Shown: one piece after another, positions 1 through 10,939 of the stretch
Layout: every line of letters starts with the position of its first letter
Position numbering within the stretch: position 1 is the first letter of the stretch
Assembly (NCBI RefSeq): GCF_010671925.1
Contig: NZ_JAAHIH010000001.1
Location: 933,053-997,052, forward strand
From: Moorena sp. SIOASIH
GTDB taxonomy: Bacteria; Cyanobacteriota; Cyanobacteriia; Cyanobacteriales; Coleofasciculaceae
Length of the DNA: 64,000 nucleotides
Direction: 5' to 3'
Notes under the pieces: generated by a model
What the model was told of the DNA's origin: nothing
Seen by the model: the letters and a program-made list of their open reading frames with translations, nothing else
Databases searched by the model: none
Program-made: the position numbers and the translations under genes

Positions 1-407
1 TGACCTGCTCTAAATGTCGGCTAGCATCTGAGAAGCGTCTTTCTAGTTCCTCTACAATTCTGGGTTTTTTCCCACGAGGCTGTCCATGGATTAGTCTTCT
101 TACTCGCTTCCCTAGGGATAAAAGATGGGTATGGAGAGCAAAACGTAGTAAAATTACGAATACTGATGGGATTACCACCAGTACTACAGTCAGGGCAATT
201 AAGTAATCAGGTATTGGTAGCATAGCAGCAGCTGGGGAACTCTACAGGTGAAATGGTAGCGCAGCATCCTCAGGATGCTAACCCCTTTCTTTATAACCTA
301 AGGATACCCAGACTTATCTCAAAGCATTGATGTTTCACTACGAAATAATACGACGTTATTGAGTGTTAACACTTAATGGTAAACACTCAACACTACACAC
401 TCAACAC

Positions 408-1691
408 TCAACGCAATTGTTCTATCTGCCCTTTTAACTGCTCAGTTTTATCCAATAAATCAGCTTGGCTCATAGTTTCTTGTTCCCCAGAGGCCAACCA
501 TTTCAAATTCACGGTGTTGCTCTGAGCTTCAGCATCTCCGATCACTAAACAAGCCACCGCACCACTGCGGTCAGCTCGCTTAAACTGTTTACCAAAAGCA
601 CTTCCACTCAAGTCCAGTTCTACAGCTAACCCAGCTTTGCGCAGTTGCTGAGCCAGTTTCAATCCTTGAGCTTGAGCTACTTCACCTCTGGATACTAGAT
701 AAAAATCTAGCGCTAGGGCTGGTGAAGCTTGCAGTTGTTGCAGCAAAATCACTAAACGCTCTAAACCAATCGCCCAACCAACGGCTGGAGTTTTATTTCC
801 CCCCAATTCATCGACTAATCCGTCATAGCGACCACCACCACAAACTGTTGCTTGAGCGCCTAAGTCATCAGAGATAATTTCAAAGGCAGTGTGGGTGTAG
901 TAATCCAACCCCCGCACCAAGCGAGGATTGAGCTGGTAACTAATCCCTAAATCCTTCAACAACTGCTTGACCTGATCAAAATGACTTTGGGACTCTGAAC
1001 TGAGATAGTCTAATATACTCGGAGCATCCTGAGCAATCTCTTGAGTGCGTTTGTCTTTACTATCTAAAATCCTAAGGGGATTGCGAGTTAAACGGTCTTG
1101 AGAATCTTCGTCCAACTCATCTTTGTAAGGAGTGAGGTAATCTACCAGGGCCTGTCGGTAATGTTGACGGTCTTCGGTACTACCGACAGAATTAAGGTCA
1201 AGTTTCAGGTTAACTAGACCCAAGGTATTGAGGATATCGATTGCGATCGCAATTACCTCTGCATCTGCCCTCGGATCACGAGAACCAATCACCTCTACCC
1301 CCAATTGATGAAACTGTCGCTGTCGTCCAGCTTGGGGATTTTCATAGCGAAACATCGGACCGGTATACCAGAGGCGTTGTACCCCACCAGCAGCATAGAG
1401 GCTATTTTGAATATAAGCTCGCACTACTCCTGCTGTTCCTTCTGGACGTAGTGTCACGGAACGAGGAGGGGTTGCCCGGTCGTTGAAGGTATACATTTCC
1501 TTCCCCACCACATCAGTAGCTTCCCCAATCCCTCGTTCAAACAGTTCCGTGCGCTCAAAAATGGGAGGACGAATTTCTCGATAAGCCGCTCTATTGAGAA
1601 TCTGTTGTGCGATCGCTTCTACTTGCTGCCAATATCCAACTTCCTCTGGCAGGATATCCCGTGTTCCTCGTAAAGCCTGGATTAAACCCAT
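408..1691 (-). CDS. hisS: Histidyl-tRNA synthetase (class II aaRS)
   Basis: 427 aa. The N-terminal [18 protein letters not shown] and the overall class II HisRS motif pattern are recognised by eye. Confidence 0.88.
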   Translation of the reverse strand: MGLIQALRGTRDILPEEVGYWQQVEAIAQQILNRAAYREIRPPIFERTELFERGIGEATDVVGKEMYTFNDRATPPRSVTLRPEGTAGVVRAYIQNSLYAAGGVQRLWYTGPMFRYENPQAGRQRQFHQLGVEVIGSRDPRADAEVIAIAIDILNTLGLVNLKLDLNSVGSTEDRQHYRQALVDYLTPYKDELDEDSQDRLTRNPLRILDSKDKRTQEIAQDAPSILDYLSSESQSHFDQVKQLLKDLGISYQLNPRLVRGLDYYTHTAFEIISDDLGAQATVCGGGRYDGLVDELGGNKTPAVGWAIGLERLVILLQQLQASPALALDFYLVSRGEVAQAQGLKLAQQLRKAGLAVELDLSGSAFGKQFKRADRSGAVACLVIGDAEAQSNTVNLKWLASGEQETMSQADLLDKTEQLKGQIEQLR

Positions 1692-1718
1692 TAACGTTTT
1701 GCTTCCCCATCATGTGAG

Positions 1719-2006
1719 CTAGTGTCCACCATCGGAAGTGTCTTCTTCCCAGGCACCATAGCGATTTTGATAATAGGACAAAATTTGCTTGACCCGTTCT
1801 CTTTCTACTTTATCAGTAGTCTCGGCATACTCAATCCACAATCCACCAACTTGGCTCTGATTGTAATCAAACTGCTGGGATGTTTGGGGTAGTAAATCAG
1901 CGTCTACCCCTGTCACTTGCCGTAAATGGGCAGCAACCTCTCGATAAACTGCCAAGGGTAAACCAGGACAACTAATTTGATAACGCAATAGTTTACACTG
2001 CTCCAT
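1719..2006 (-). CDS. Small conserved hypothetical protein (95 aa)
   Basis: ORF with no overlap, directly downstream of hisS. No motif recognised. Confidence 0.4.
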   Translation of the reverse strand: MEQCKLLRYQISCPGLPLAVYREVAAHLRQVTGVDADLLPQTSQQFDYNQSQVGGLWIEYAETTDKVERERVKQILSYYQNRYGAWEEDTSDGGH

Positions 2007-2316
2007 GATCCTAGGGTACCTTGTATTAGGGATTAACTAGCAGAACCATTAACCCAATTCCTAACACCTTTAGCTATCAGCGTGTCGCGTATCAGCTATC
2101 AGCCAAAGGTCTGTGGCAACGCTACGGCAACAGTTTATGCCCATAGCGTACGCTACTAATGGTACTTTTTCATAAAATCAGCACAATTAGTAGCGTCAGC
2201 CAAGGCCAAAGGCTTTTGGGCCACGGTACGGGAATGGCTGATGGCTGACGGCTGATAGCTGAATGCTTACCTAACACCTAACACCGTGCCACCTAAAACC
2301 TAACACTGAGGTTACC

Positions 2317-3396
2317 TTAAGAAGCTGATCCTGAGTTTTCTCCAACTCGTCTAGACACTTCAACACCGTTTTCTTCCAGAATCACCACTGGATCTAAACC
2401 TCTAAACATTTCAATTCGCTTGACTAGCACTTGTCCACCTAATATAAACTGTCCAGCTTGAACACTACGACTAGGCTCATTAGGGACATCTAGGATAGCG
2501 TAATAGACACCCCTACCATTGTCAACTACCCCTGTGACACTGATTGTATATGCCAGCTCTGGTTCTGGTAGGATTGGCAGTTGCAGATCAAATTCAGGAG
2601 GGATAGGAGGAATACCATCCTTGACAACAGAGCTATTGTCTGGTATGGAACTAGGCTTAGCTTTGCTGGTCTCTGTAGGCCGAGTGTTCTCGCGCCGTGG
2701 CAAAACATTTCCTCTTGATGAGCCAGGAGACCTTCTAGCGATTGATGAGCTTGGAGGCTTACGGTCGGGCCTGGTAGCTCTTGAGGGGCTGGTGGGTCTG
2801 CTAGCTCTTGAGGGGCTGGTGGGCCTGGTAGCTCTTGAGGGGCTGGTGGGCCTGGTAGCTCTTGAAGGGCTGGTGGGCCTGGTAGCTCTTGAAGGGCTGG
2901 TGGGCCTGGTAGCTCTTGAAGGGCTGGTGGGCCTGGTAGCTCTTGAGGGGCTGGTGGGTTTTACCGCTACACTACTTCCTGTTCCAGGACGCGATCGCAA
3001 AGGCGGTCTTGCTGGTGGAGGAGTCAGAGGCTGTACCCTCGTAGGGGAGCTACTTGGTCTGCCGGGATTGGGCAAAATCTCCACCTCTGGTTGCACTGAA
3101 ATTGCCGCAAACGGGTCAAGACGCCCCTTATCAATCCGATTTCTTACTTCATTGCTTGGCAAGGTGGTGATCAATGGTGGTATTGGTATTACCTTTTCCT
3201 GCTCCGGTGTTTCCGGGGATTTAGGAGCAAATTCAGCTACAGGAGGAGAAGGTTTGGTGCTATCCGGGGAAGCCACCGGCGTTGGTTTAGGGGTAGTCTG
3301 CTCCCCCTGTTCAGTCTTTCTACCCGGTTGACAGCCTCCTATAAGCAGAGCCAGCACACTCACCCATACGATGCATGATACTTTACCCATGACCAC
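2317..3396 (-). CDS. Proline-rich putative lipoprotein with 9 tandem SPSRATRPT repeats and a C-terminal beta-rich domain
   Basis: Signal peptide ending in LLIGGC (lipobox-like). Long P/S/T-rich linker encoded by a 27-bp DNA tandem repeat. Globular C-terminus. Confidence 0.55.
   Translation of the reverse strand: MVMGKVSCIVWVSVLALLIGGCQPGRKTEQGEQTTPKPTPVASPDSTKPSPPVAEFAPKSPETPEQEKVIPIPPLITTLPSNEVRNRIDKGRLDPFAAISVQPEVEILPNPGRPSSSPTRVQPLTPPPARPPLRSRPGTGSSVAVKPTSPSRATRPTSPSRATRPTSPSRATRPTSPSRATRPTSPSRATRPTSPSRASRPTSPSRATRPDRKPPSSSIARRSPGSSRGNVLPRRENTRPTETSKAKPSSIPDNSSVVKDGIPPIPPEFDLQLPILPEPELAYTISVTGVVDNGRGVYYAILDVPNEPSRSVQAGQFILGGQVLVKRIEMFRGLDPVVILEENGVEVSRRVGENSGSAS
2768..2962. repeat. 27-bp in-frame tandem repeat (about 7 copies, GGGCCTGGTAGCTCTTGAAGGGCTGGT-like) inside the lipoprotein CDS
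   Basis: Read directly in the sequence; encodes the SPSRATRPT units on the minus strand. Confidence 0.9.
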
Positions 3397-3540
3397 CTAA
3401 AAATAACGCTTTATCCGAGCATACCCTTGAAGTTATCGATCTATGGCACCAACTTCTTTTAAGATAGGATTTTTTTGGCAAACTTCCAAAACTGGAGACT
3501 CTCAGCAAAAAGCTGTGGGCATGCTATGGGCAATAACACC

Positions 3541-3722
3541 CAACTCAAGTAAGCATTCAGCCGTCAGCCGTCAGCCGTCAGCCGTCAGCCGTCAGCCGTC
3601 AGCATTCAGCTGACGTAACAAAGATTAAACGAATGCTTACTTGTTTTATTTAAAAGCTCAAAGCTGAGAGCTTATAGCTGATAGCTTATAGCTTATAGCT
3701 GATAGCTGATAGCTGATAGCTT
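3541..3722. repeat. STRR heptamer arrays (CAGCCGT)n and (AGCTGAT/AGCTTAT)n
   Basis: Direct reading: about 9 copies of cagccgt, then alternating agctgat and agcttat units. Confidence 0.9.
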
Positions 3723-3779
3723 ACCAACTCAATAATCCCAAAGCGGCTTTCAGCTATCACTTAGCTATCAAGTCCAGTT

Positions 3780-4200
3780 ACTTTGCCAGCTGTATTTGAC
3801 ACTCCCCGGCGTGAACGCGCGGGGATTCAAAGCGAGGAGGTACCCAAACGGGCATTGCTCGTAACAACCACATCGACCTCCCGTGCCGTAGCACCAAGAA
3901 ATCGGTAGTCCACTTGGCGGTGCCAATTGCCTCTACTCTCTCCGACAAAATATTGCCATTGAGTCTACTTTCAAAGTAAGTAATGTGATTCGCGTGGCTT
4001 TAAAGACTATTTGCTTGTAGAGGGCTGGGATTGGAGTCTTTGACCGAGCACCATTTCGGTTAACTACCTTTTAACCAAAGCGTCCCACTACCAGGAATCT
4101 CACCCTTTCTTTTTAGGTCGTTGCGTCTTCTTTATTCTAGCACAAAGCCGTCGAACGAAGGACGGGCTTTCAGACCCATTTTCTTTGATGATTTTATAGC
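3780..4200. other. ORF-free GC-hairpin-containing block within a 970-bp intergenic region; possible sRNA or repeat element
   Basis: No ORF of 60 aa or more on any frame across 3397-4366. Contains the hairpin GACACTCCCCGgcgtgaacgcgCGGGGATTC, which recurs at 14945-14975. Confidence 0.3.
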
Positions 4201-4366
4201 AGTTATCAATTCGGTGAGGTAAACAGTCCTAGATTTCAGGGAGTATATATTACTGATAATAAAATTTACTGTACCTCTTAAGTATGATCAACGCTATATA
4301 TTATATTATTATCCTTCAATTATTAGGCTTCAATAGTTAGGAAATGTAATAAAAATGTAGTAAAAA

Positions 4367-5143
4367 TTAATCTTGCGTCCCTTTCATTAACTTTTGCAAC
4401 GCTTCCAAGCCTTTTTTAACGCGGCGGGATACCGTTACTACACTGATGTCTAACCGTTGTGCTACCTCTTTTTGGGTCAAGTCATGTAAAAAAACAAATT
4501 CCAGCACTTCACGAGTGCGCTTTTCCAAATGAGCTAGGGCTTGTTGAATGCGGATTTGGTCTTCCTGTGCCAGCTGAAAACTGCGATAGCGAGGATCTGG
4601 CACTAACTCACCCAAGCTGGTGTTTCTATCCTCTGAATCTCCCACTGGTGTATCTAAGCTCAGAGGTTCCCGATTTTGATGAGCTAGGGTAATTTCTTGC
4701 CATTCTTCTAGGGAAATGTTTAATGCTGCTGCTATTTCTTCTTCTGTCGGTTGCCGATTTAACCTTGATCGTAGATTTTGAGTAATTTCCACAGACTTTT
4801 GCCGTAGTGCTAGCCAGCGTCGAGGGATGCGAATTGAATAACCCCGATCTCGTAAATAGTGCTGAATTTCACCACGAATGTAGGGGATAGCGAAGGAACT
4901 AAATGCTATGCCCTTGGTGGAATCAAATCTTTCTATGGCACCAATTAAGCCAATACAGCCAACCTGAAGTAAGTCTTCGTAGCTTTCATGACACTGATTG
5001 ACCCAATGATGAGCTTCTCTCCTCACTAGTCCTAAATTGAGACCAACTAGCTGATTGCGAAGTTCAGGTTCAGGAGATTGCTGGTACTTTTGTAATAATG
5101 TTAAGCTTTGATACTTAAGATTATGATTAAGGTTAGTCGCCAT
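4367..5143 (-). CDS. RNA polymerase sigma factor, group 3 (SigB/F/G-type sigma-70 family)
   Basis: 258 aa. Region 2 (DLLQVGCIGLIGAIERFD) and a region 4 helix-turn-helix (LTQKEVAQRLDISVVTVSRR) are recognisable. Confidence 0.85.
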   Translation of the reverse strand: MATNLNHNLKYQSLTLLQKYQQSPEPELRNQLVGLNLGLVRREAHHWVNQCHESYEDLLQVGCIGLIGAIERFDSTKGIAFSSFAIPYIRGEIQHYLRDRGYSIRIPRRWLALRQKSVEITQNLRSRLNRQPTEEEIAAALNISLEEWQEITLAHQNREPLSLDTPVGDSEDRNTSLGELVPDPRYRSFQLAQEDQIRIQQALAHLEKRTREVLEFVFLHDLTQKEVAQRLDISVVTVSRRVKKGLEALQKLMKGTQD

Positions 5144-5681
5144 AACAAAGTTTAATGTGGTAGATTACAAGTAGATCACAATTAGCTCACAATCGGCTAT
5201 CAGACCCCTAACTCATCCCAATTATCCTGGATGGAACAAATTTTTTATCCTGGTAATGGTTCAGGTCGAATTGGTAATGGTTGTGGGATTGCCGATTGAC
5301 GATTTCCCGGATCCAATCCCCGGATGATCTTATGTTGCATCCCTTTTAGAGCAAGGGGATAAGTTTGAGTTGCTTGGTTAATTGTGCAGTTTGGTTTGAT
5401 AACATAGTTGATTTAGTTAATCTAGTTTATTAATCTCCAAAAGCACCGCCCTGATCATAGTGTTATTGCTTTAATTGTAGATTTACCATTAAGTTTCTTA
5501 AAACAGTAATTTCACCCGAATCGCGAATAAGAAAGGGATGAAAGTTTATTAATAATACATACAGGATAACGAAAACGCCACATTCCGATCAAAAAAGGGG
5601 CATACGCCCCTTAGCAATTAACGTTTTTGCCAATTTCCCATTCTGGGAGTCAGTGGCTTCAAAGACTCAAACCAACGTCAG

Positions 5682-6524
5682 CTATGCTTGTTTTGGTTGA
5701 ATGCGACCGTAAAATATCCCCTGAACTTTCACTTCTTCTGGCTCATCAGCACCTAAGTCAGTATCTGAGGGTTGTTCACTTATGAATGTACCAGCAATTT
5801 CCCCACTCTCCCTATCTACTTGAGCTATTCGCAGCTCAATGGTGCCTTCGCCTACATCTGCGCTCTTAACATTGGCAAACTCTTGGCTATCCGCTTGAGA
5901 TGGCAGAGCAACCGAATTATCATAACCACTAGCCAGACCTCGACCTTTGGGATCTAGGAAAACAGCACCCCGATAGGAGGGGACGTAGAAATCGCCAACA
6001 AAGTCGGTGGAAGCATTGATACTCTCCAAACCAGGCTCAGTTGTGGCAACCAATTGCTTAATGGTGAACAGGAATGGGACTTGCTCACCTCCAGGCAACT
6101 GAATAGTGATGGCTTGGAAATCTATACCATCCTTTTCAACAAAGCTCAGACTACCATCTTCTTGATAAACTAAGTCTCCTCGAACTTGATCCAGGCTAGA
6201 GGTATAACGGGTCAATAATTTGCCGGGAACATATTCTGCCTCTTTGCGCTTAGTTCCTTCTTCCTTGACAAAGAAGGTGGTTGGCTGTAAGCACATATCC
6301 ACAATCTGATAGGACTGGCTGGGGTCTAGAGGAATAGCACCCCGAGTCATTTCTGACAGCTGTGGACAGTTATTGGCTAAACCAGTGTTTTTAATCTGGT
6401 CATAGGTGAGTCCTTCGATACTTTCCAAGCTTGCTATATCTGGAGAACAGGAAGCTGTAAAGACCCCCAGACATAACGCCAGGAAGGCACAAATCAAAGC
6501 ACGATACTTCATAGTCAATCTCAA
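5682..6524 (-). CDS. psbO: Photosystem II manganese-stabilising protein PsbO
   Basis: 280 aa with a signal peptide. Characteristic PsbO blocks (GRGLASGYDNSVALP, LTYDQIKNTGLANNCP). Confidence 0.88.
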   Translation of the reverse strand: MRLTMKYRALICAFLALCLGVFTASCSPDIASLESIEGLTYDQIKNTGLANNCPQLSEMTRGAIPLDPSQSYQIVDMCLQPTTFFVKEEGTKRKEAEYVPGKLLTRYTSSLDQVRGDLVYQEDGSLSFVEKDGIDFQAITIQLPGGEQVPFLFTIKQLVATTEPGLESINASTDFVGDFYVPSYRGAVFLDPKGRGLASGYDNSVALPSQADSQEFANVKSADVGEGTIELRIAQVDRESGEIAGTFISEQPSDTDLGADEPEEVKVQGIFYGRIQPKQA

Positions 6525-6697
6525 TCGTCAATAATCAGATCTAAAAATGTATGTTAGGTTGGTTCTTGAATTGGGTTGCTGGTGCCATAGGAGTTAAACA
6601 GCTGCTGCCCTCTAGGCATTGACCAGTATTATCCACAATTCACACCACACCCATGTTATAAGTCGGGCTACACACAAACTATCGGGAAGCTTGTTAT

Positions 6698-7114
6698 TTG
6701 GTTGAACTACTGCCATTGGGGCATAGGGCATGCAAAAATGGCACCGATTCCGTGAGCCTCAGCTGTTCTTTAGAGCATTGTACACGGGAAGAGCCGCCTT
6801 TACTGCGACAGTTATTTGATGGAATGGATCGGGATAAAGATTTGGATTCAGAGCAATTACAGGCTAAATTACTAGAGATTAGCGCTGATATTCGTTCTTT
6901 GGCAAAGAATTACCAAGGTGATAACTTAGCGCTGTTGGCTATACTCAGGGGTTTAGAGGAAGTCCATGGCGAGATTCGAGACGGGTTCTTTCAAGCCTCA
7001 TTGCCGGATACTCGCCAGAAACTATATGATTTGCTAAAGGATATTGAAGAAAAGGGTGGTTGGCCCTACATTGAACGTATGAATCTAATCTCTGTACTTA
7101 AGAAGCTGCCTTAG
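6698..7114 (+). CDS. Hypothetical protein (138 aa or shorter; the real start may be the internal Met)
   Basis: ORF only. Acidic and helical. Confidence 0.35.
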   Translation: MVELLPLGHRACKNGTDSVSLSCSLEHCTREEPPLLRQLFDGMDRDKDLDSEQLQAKLLEISADIRSLAKNYQGDNLALLAILRGLEEVHGEIRDGFFQASLPDTRQKLYDLLKDIEEKGGWPYIERMNLISVLKKLP

Positions 7115-7503
7115 TCAGCCCGAACTAAGCATATCAGCGACGACCACTAGGAAACTGTTGCCCTTGTCGTGGGATGATTGATAGGGATTTAGAACAGACC
7201 GAAGAGTCCGGAAGAGGGGAAAAACCTGACTATATCCCGCTTACATTTAGGAAAAACCTTGGTTGCTGAGCAACTCATCGGTGCTAGCCAATGGTCCAAC
7301 GTCAATGGTGGTAGCCAATACACCCACTGGACAAAATCCCGAAAGAGTGACTTAAGTTAAGTAATTACTATCAGTACTACTAGATGACGACAAAATGGCG
7401 ACACAAGCCAGATCAAGCTTTGGCGGGTCAGCAAGACACTAACTCTTTCCAATGCTAGGATTTTGCCGTCAGAGTATTAAAATTTAAGTAACTATATACT
7501 ACT

Positions 7504-8946
7504 ATGGCGATTGCCGGAGATTCAATTAAATTTGGGACAGACGGCTGGCGAGGTATCATTGCCGCCGATTTTACCTTCGAGCGCTTGGCAATAGTTGCCC
7601 CTGTTGCTGCTCAAGTTCTGGCAGATGCTTATGGGGAAACCACGGGTAGCCAAACGATTATAGTGGGGCATGACCGACGCTTCATGGCAGAAGACTTTGC
7701 CAAAAAAACCGCAGAGGTGGTTCAAGCTGCTGGTTTTGATGTCTTACTCTCTAACAGTTATGCTCCTACACCAGCATTCAGTTGGGCAGCCAAGTCCCAA
7801 AATGCTTTGGGAGCTTTGGTAATTACTGCTAGTCATAATCCTGGCAATTACCTAGGCTTAAAAGTGAAAGGAGCGTTTGGTGGATCAGTTCCTATAGAAA
7901 TAACTAAACAGATTGAAGCTAAACTTTCTCAAGCACCAGCATTACCTGAAAAAGAGGGGAGTATCAAGACCTTTGACCCATGGTCAAGTTACTGTGATGC
8001 CTTAAGACAAAAGGTTGATATTGCCCTGATTCAACAGCTGATTAGTCAGCAGAAACTGACTGTCTTTGCCCATGTCATGAATGGTGCAGCAGCAGGAGGC
8101 TTGAACAAGATTCTTGGGTTACCCATTATCGAAATTAAGGCCGAACGGGATCCCTTATTTGGTGGTAAAGCCCCAGAACCTTTACCTGGTTATCTGTCTG
8201 AGCTATTTGAAGCGCTCCAGAATCACCAGCGTCAACCGGGTGTTGAATTAGCAGTTGGGTTGGCATTTGATGGGGATAGCGATCGCATTGCAGCCGCTGA
8301 TGGTCAAGGCAATTTCCTTAGCCCCCAAATCCTGATTCCCATCCTGATTGAACATCTAGCATCACGACGTAACTTTAGTGGTGAAGTGGTCAAAACCCTT
8401 AGTGGTTCTGACCTAATTCCTAGAGTGGCAGCACTGTATAATTTGCCAGTTTATGAGACGGCTATCGGTTATAAGTATATTGCTGACCGGATGTTATCCA
8501 CTCCTGCTTTGCTAGGGGGTGAGGAATCCGGAGGCATTGGGTATGGCAACCATATTCCTGAGCGAGATGCTCTATTATCAGCACTGTATATATTAGAAGC
8601 GATCGCTAAATCTGGAAAAGACTTAAGTGAACTCTACAAGAGTCTGCAAGAGCAAACTGGCTATGCTTCTGCCTATGACCGGATCGATTTACATCTATCG
8701 GGGATGGAAGTGCGATCGCGTATACAAGAACAATTACAAACCCAGCCTCTCCAAGAAATTAATGGTCAGGCAGTGGTGGATTGCCAAACCACCGATGGGT
8801 ACAAATTCCGTTTAGCTAACGACAGCTGGTTGCTGATTCGTTTTAGTGGCACTGAACCCTTATTGCGACTCTACTGTGAAGCAGCTACCCTTGAACAGGT
8901 AACTCAAACCTTAAACTGGGCTAAAGATTGGGCCAGTAAGTTTTAG
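7504..8946 (+). CDS. Phosphoglucomutase/phosphomannomutase family protein
   Basis: GTDGWRG N-terminal motif, the phosphoserine loop TASHNPGNYLGLK, and the sugar-binding GEESGG. Confidence 0.85.
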   Translation: MAIAGDSIKFGTDGWRGIIAADFTFERLAIVAPVAAQVLADAYGETTGSQTIIVGHDRRFMAEDFAKKTAEVVQAAGFDVLLSNSYAPTPAFSWAAKSQNALGALVITASHNPGNYLGLKVKGAFGGSVPIEITKQIEAKLSQAPALPEKEGSIKTFDPWSSYCDALRQKVDIALIQQLISQQKLTVFAHVMNGAAAGGLNKILGLPIIEIKAERDPLFGGKAPEPLPGYLSELFEALQNHQRQPGVELAVGLAFDGDSDRIAAADGQGNFLSPQILIPILIEHLASRRNFSGEVVKTLSGSDLIPRVAALYNLPVYETAIGYKYIADRMLSTPALLGGEESGGIGYGNHIPERDALLSALYILEAIAKSGKDLSELYKSLQEQTGYASAYDRIDLHLSGMEVRSRIQEQLQTQPLQEINGQAVVDCQTTDGYKFRLANDSWLLIRFSGTEPLLRLYCEAATLEQVTQTLNWAKDWASKF

Positions 8947-9477
8947 AGTTTAAATTTGGGATTAATGTTGGATTTTGGATTGGCTAGTTTTGGTTGGGTT
9001 ATTGAAAATCTGGGCTTTGGTGAGTAAGATCGCAATCGCGCATTAAACGCTGCTTGAGCTGTATCGAACTGACTCTGATTGCTAGTTAACCTTTCATCAA
9101 ACAGAAAAACAACAAACTAGGGTTAGCCACTTAATTTATTGAGTGGACAGCGAGTGCGCCGGGATAAATCCAGGCAATTGTGTTAGAATAGAATGGTAAG
9201 TAGGGACAAGGTTGGTCACGTTTATATTTTGCTAGTACGGTGAAATTCCGGCCAGGAAGAGACGGGGTATATCCTACGACTATGGTACAGGCAAGTAACG
9301 CAGCAAAAAGTAGTGATTTATTGCCCTAATTTGTTGGTACAACCACTCCGAAAGCTAGTTAAATTGAAAGTAAATCCACAGGTTAACTGTTTGAGTTAAT
9401 CCGAGGGAGGTAGGGCAGTGTTGAGTCTGCCAAACTATATAGACTAGGTTACTCTAGGCTTTAGTATAGTAAGCGTC

Positions 9478-10182
9478 GTGGAGCGCGGTTTCAACCCGCG
9501 TAACGACATCAGCTTAGAATCCCTGTGTTTTCAAACCAGGGAGAACTCAAAATCTGACCTTGTTGCTTTGAGTAATCCAAAATCCCAACATCAAACCCCA
9601 AAATTGCTGCCAAAATTGCTGGTTGTAGCTACAGGCAATCCTGGTAAGCTGCAGGAGATGCAGACATACCTAGATGCTTTGGACTGGGAATTGCAGTTAA
9701 AGCCACCAGAGCTAGAGATTGAAGAAACTGGGGATACATTTGCTGCCAATGCTTGTCTGAAGGCATCAGTAGTAGCCCAGGCAACTGGGCAATGGGCAAT
9801 TGCTGATGATTCCGGTTTGCAAGTCGATGCCCTAGATGGTGCTCCAGGGATTTATTCTGCACGCTATGGCAAAACTGACCAAGAGCGAATTGAGCGGCTA
9901 CTGGGGGAGCTAGGTTTGGAAGTGAATCGGCAAGCCCAGTTTGTTTGTGTAGTGGCGATTGCCCGTCCAGATGGTGCGATCGCTCTCCAAGCGGAAGGAA
10001 TTTGTCGGGGAGAAATTTTGCCAGCTCCTCGGGGAACTGGTGGCTTTGGCTACGACCCAATTTTTTTTGTTCCAGAGCAGGGGTTGACCTTTGCTGAGAT
10101 GGAGCCTGAGATGAAGCGATCTTGCTCTCATCGTGGCAAGGCTTTTGAATTACTACTGCCTCAGTTGAAACAGTTAGGTTAA
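9478..10182 (+). CDS. rdgB: RdgB/HAM1 non-canonical purine NTP pyrophosphatase (dITP/XTP pyrophosphatase)
   Basis: The LLVVATGNPGKLQEM motif, and FGYDPIFF near the C-terminus. The real start is probably an alternative codon (TTG at about 9604 or 9616), which would make the first roughly 40 aa of this ORF non-coding. Confidence 0.75.
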   Translation: MERGFNPRNDISLESLCFQTRENSKSDLVALSNPKSQHQTPKLLPKLLVVATGNPGKLQEMQTYLDALDWELQLKPPELEIEETGDTFAANACLKASVVAQATGQWAIADDSGLQVDALDGAPGIYSARYGKTDQERIERLLGELGLEVNRQAQFVCVVAIARPDGAIALQAEGICRGEILPAPRGTGGFGYDPIFFVPEQGLTFAEMEPEMKRSCSHRGKAFELLLPQLKQLG

Positions 10183-10276
10183 CTAGGGTGGCTAAAACCG
10201 TCAGCTCCCTATAAAAATCAACTGAGGCACGCTAACTCAGTAAACCGTGCCTCAGCTACCTTGGTATATAGGGTAT

Positions 10277-10627
<351 letters not shown>

Positions 10628-10939
10628 TCAGTTGTTCTGCTATTCATTTGTTATATGATAAGCATGACACTTTATCTGACTGTGGATGTGGAAATTTTTC
10701 TAAATGCTGATAGGGTGACTCTGAGGTGTTGATATCGATTCATCAACCGCGAAGACGACTGGGTTTTCTATATTTATCTATTTATTAGCTGCACAGGTCT
10801 TTGGTGACTCCCCACCGACTTCTTATACTCCTCTGCTTTTCTGCCTTAGCATCCTTCCCGTCTTTGCAGTTCAATTCCTTAACTATACCTTGAGCCTGTG
10901 GCAAAATTGAGGTAAGCCCATCTATTCACCATTCCCAGC

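Noticed and set aside
2519-3331. 270-aa ORF on the plus strand
   Set aside because: It lies antisense to the proline-rich lipoprotein gene and is kept open only by the 27-bp tandem repeat. The G/L-rich translation is low-complexity. Treated as spurious.
3541-3722. Possible CRISPR array, here and at the other heptamer tracts
   Set aside because: The repeat unit is 7 bp with no unique spacers and there are no cas genes. These are STRR-type heptamer arrays, not CRISPR.
3808-3840. tmRNA/tRNA-like 3' end (CGGGGATTCAAAGCG)
   Set aside because: The T-loop consensus is not satisfied, there is no acceptor stem or CCA context, and the same hairpin recurs at 14945. It is a repeat hairpin, not ssrA.
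9478-9520. tRNA-like T-arm (GCGCGGTTTCAACCCGCG)
   Set aside because: The loop is TTTCAAC rather than TTCRANY, there is no D-arm or anticodon arm, and the sequence lies within an ORF.
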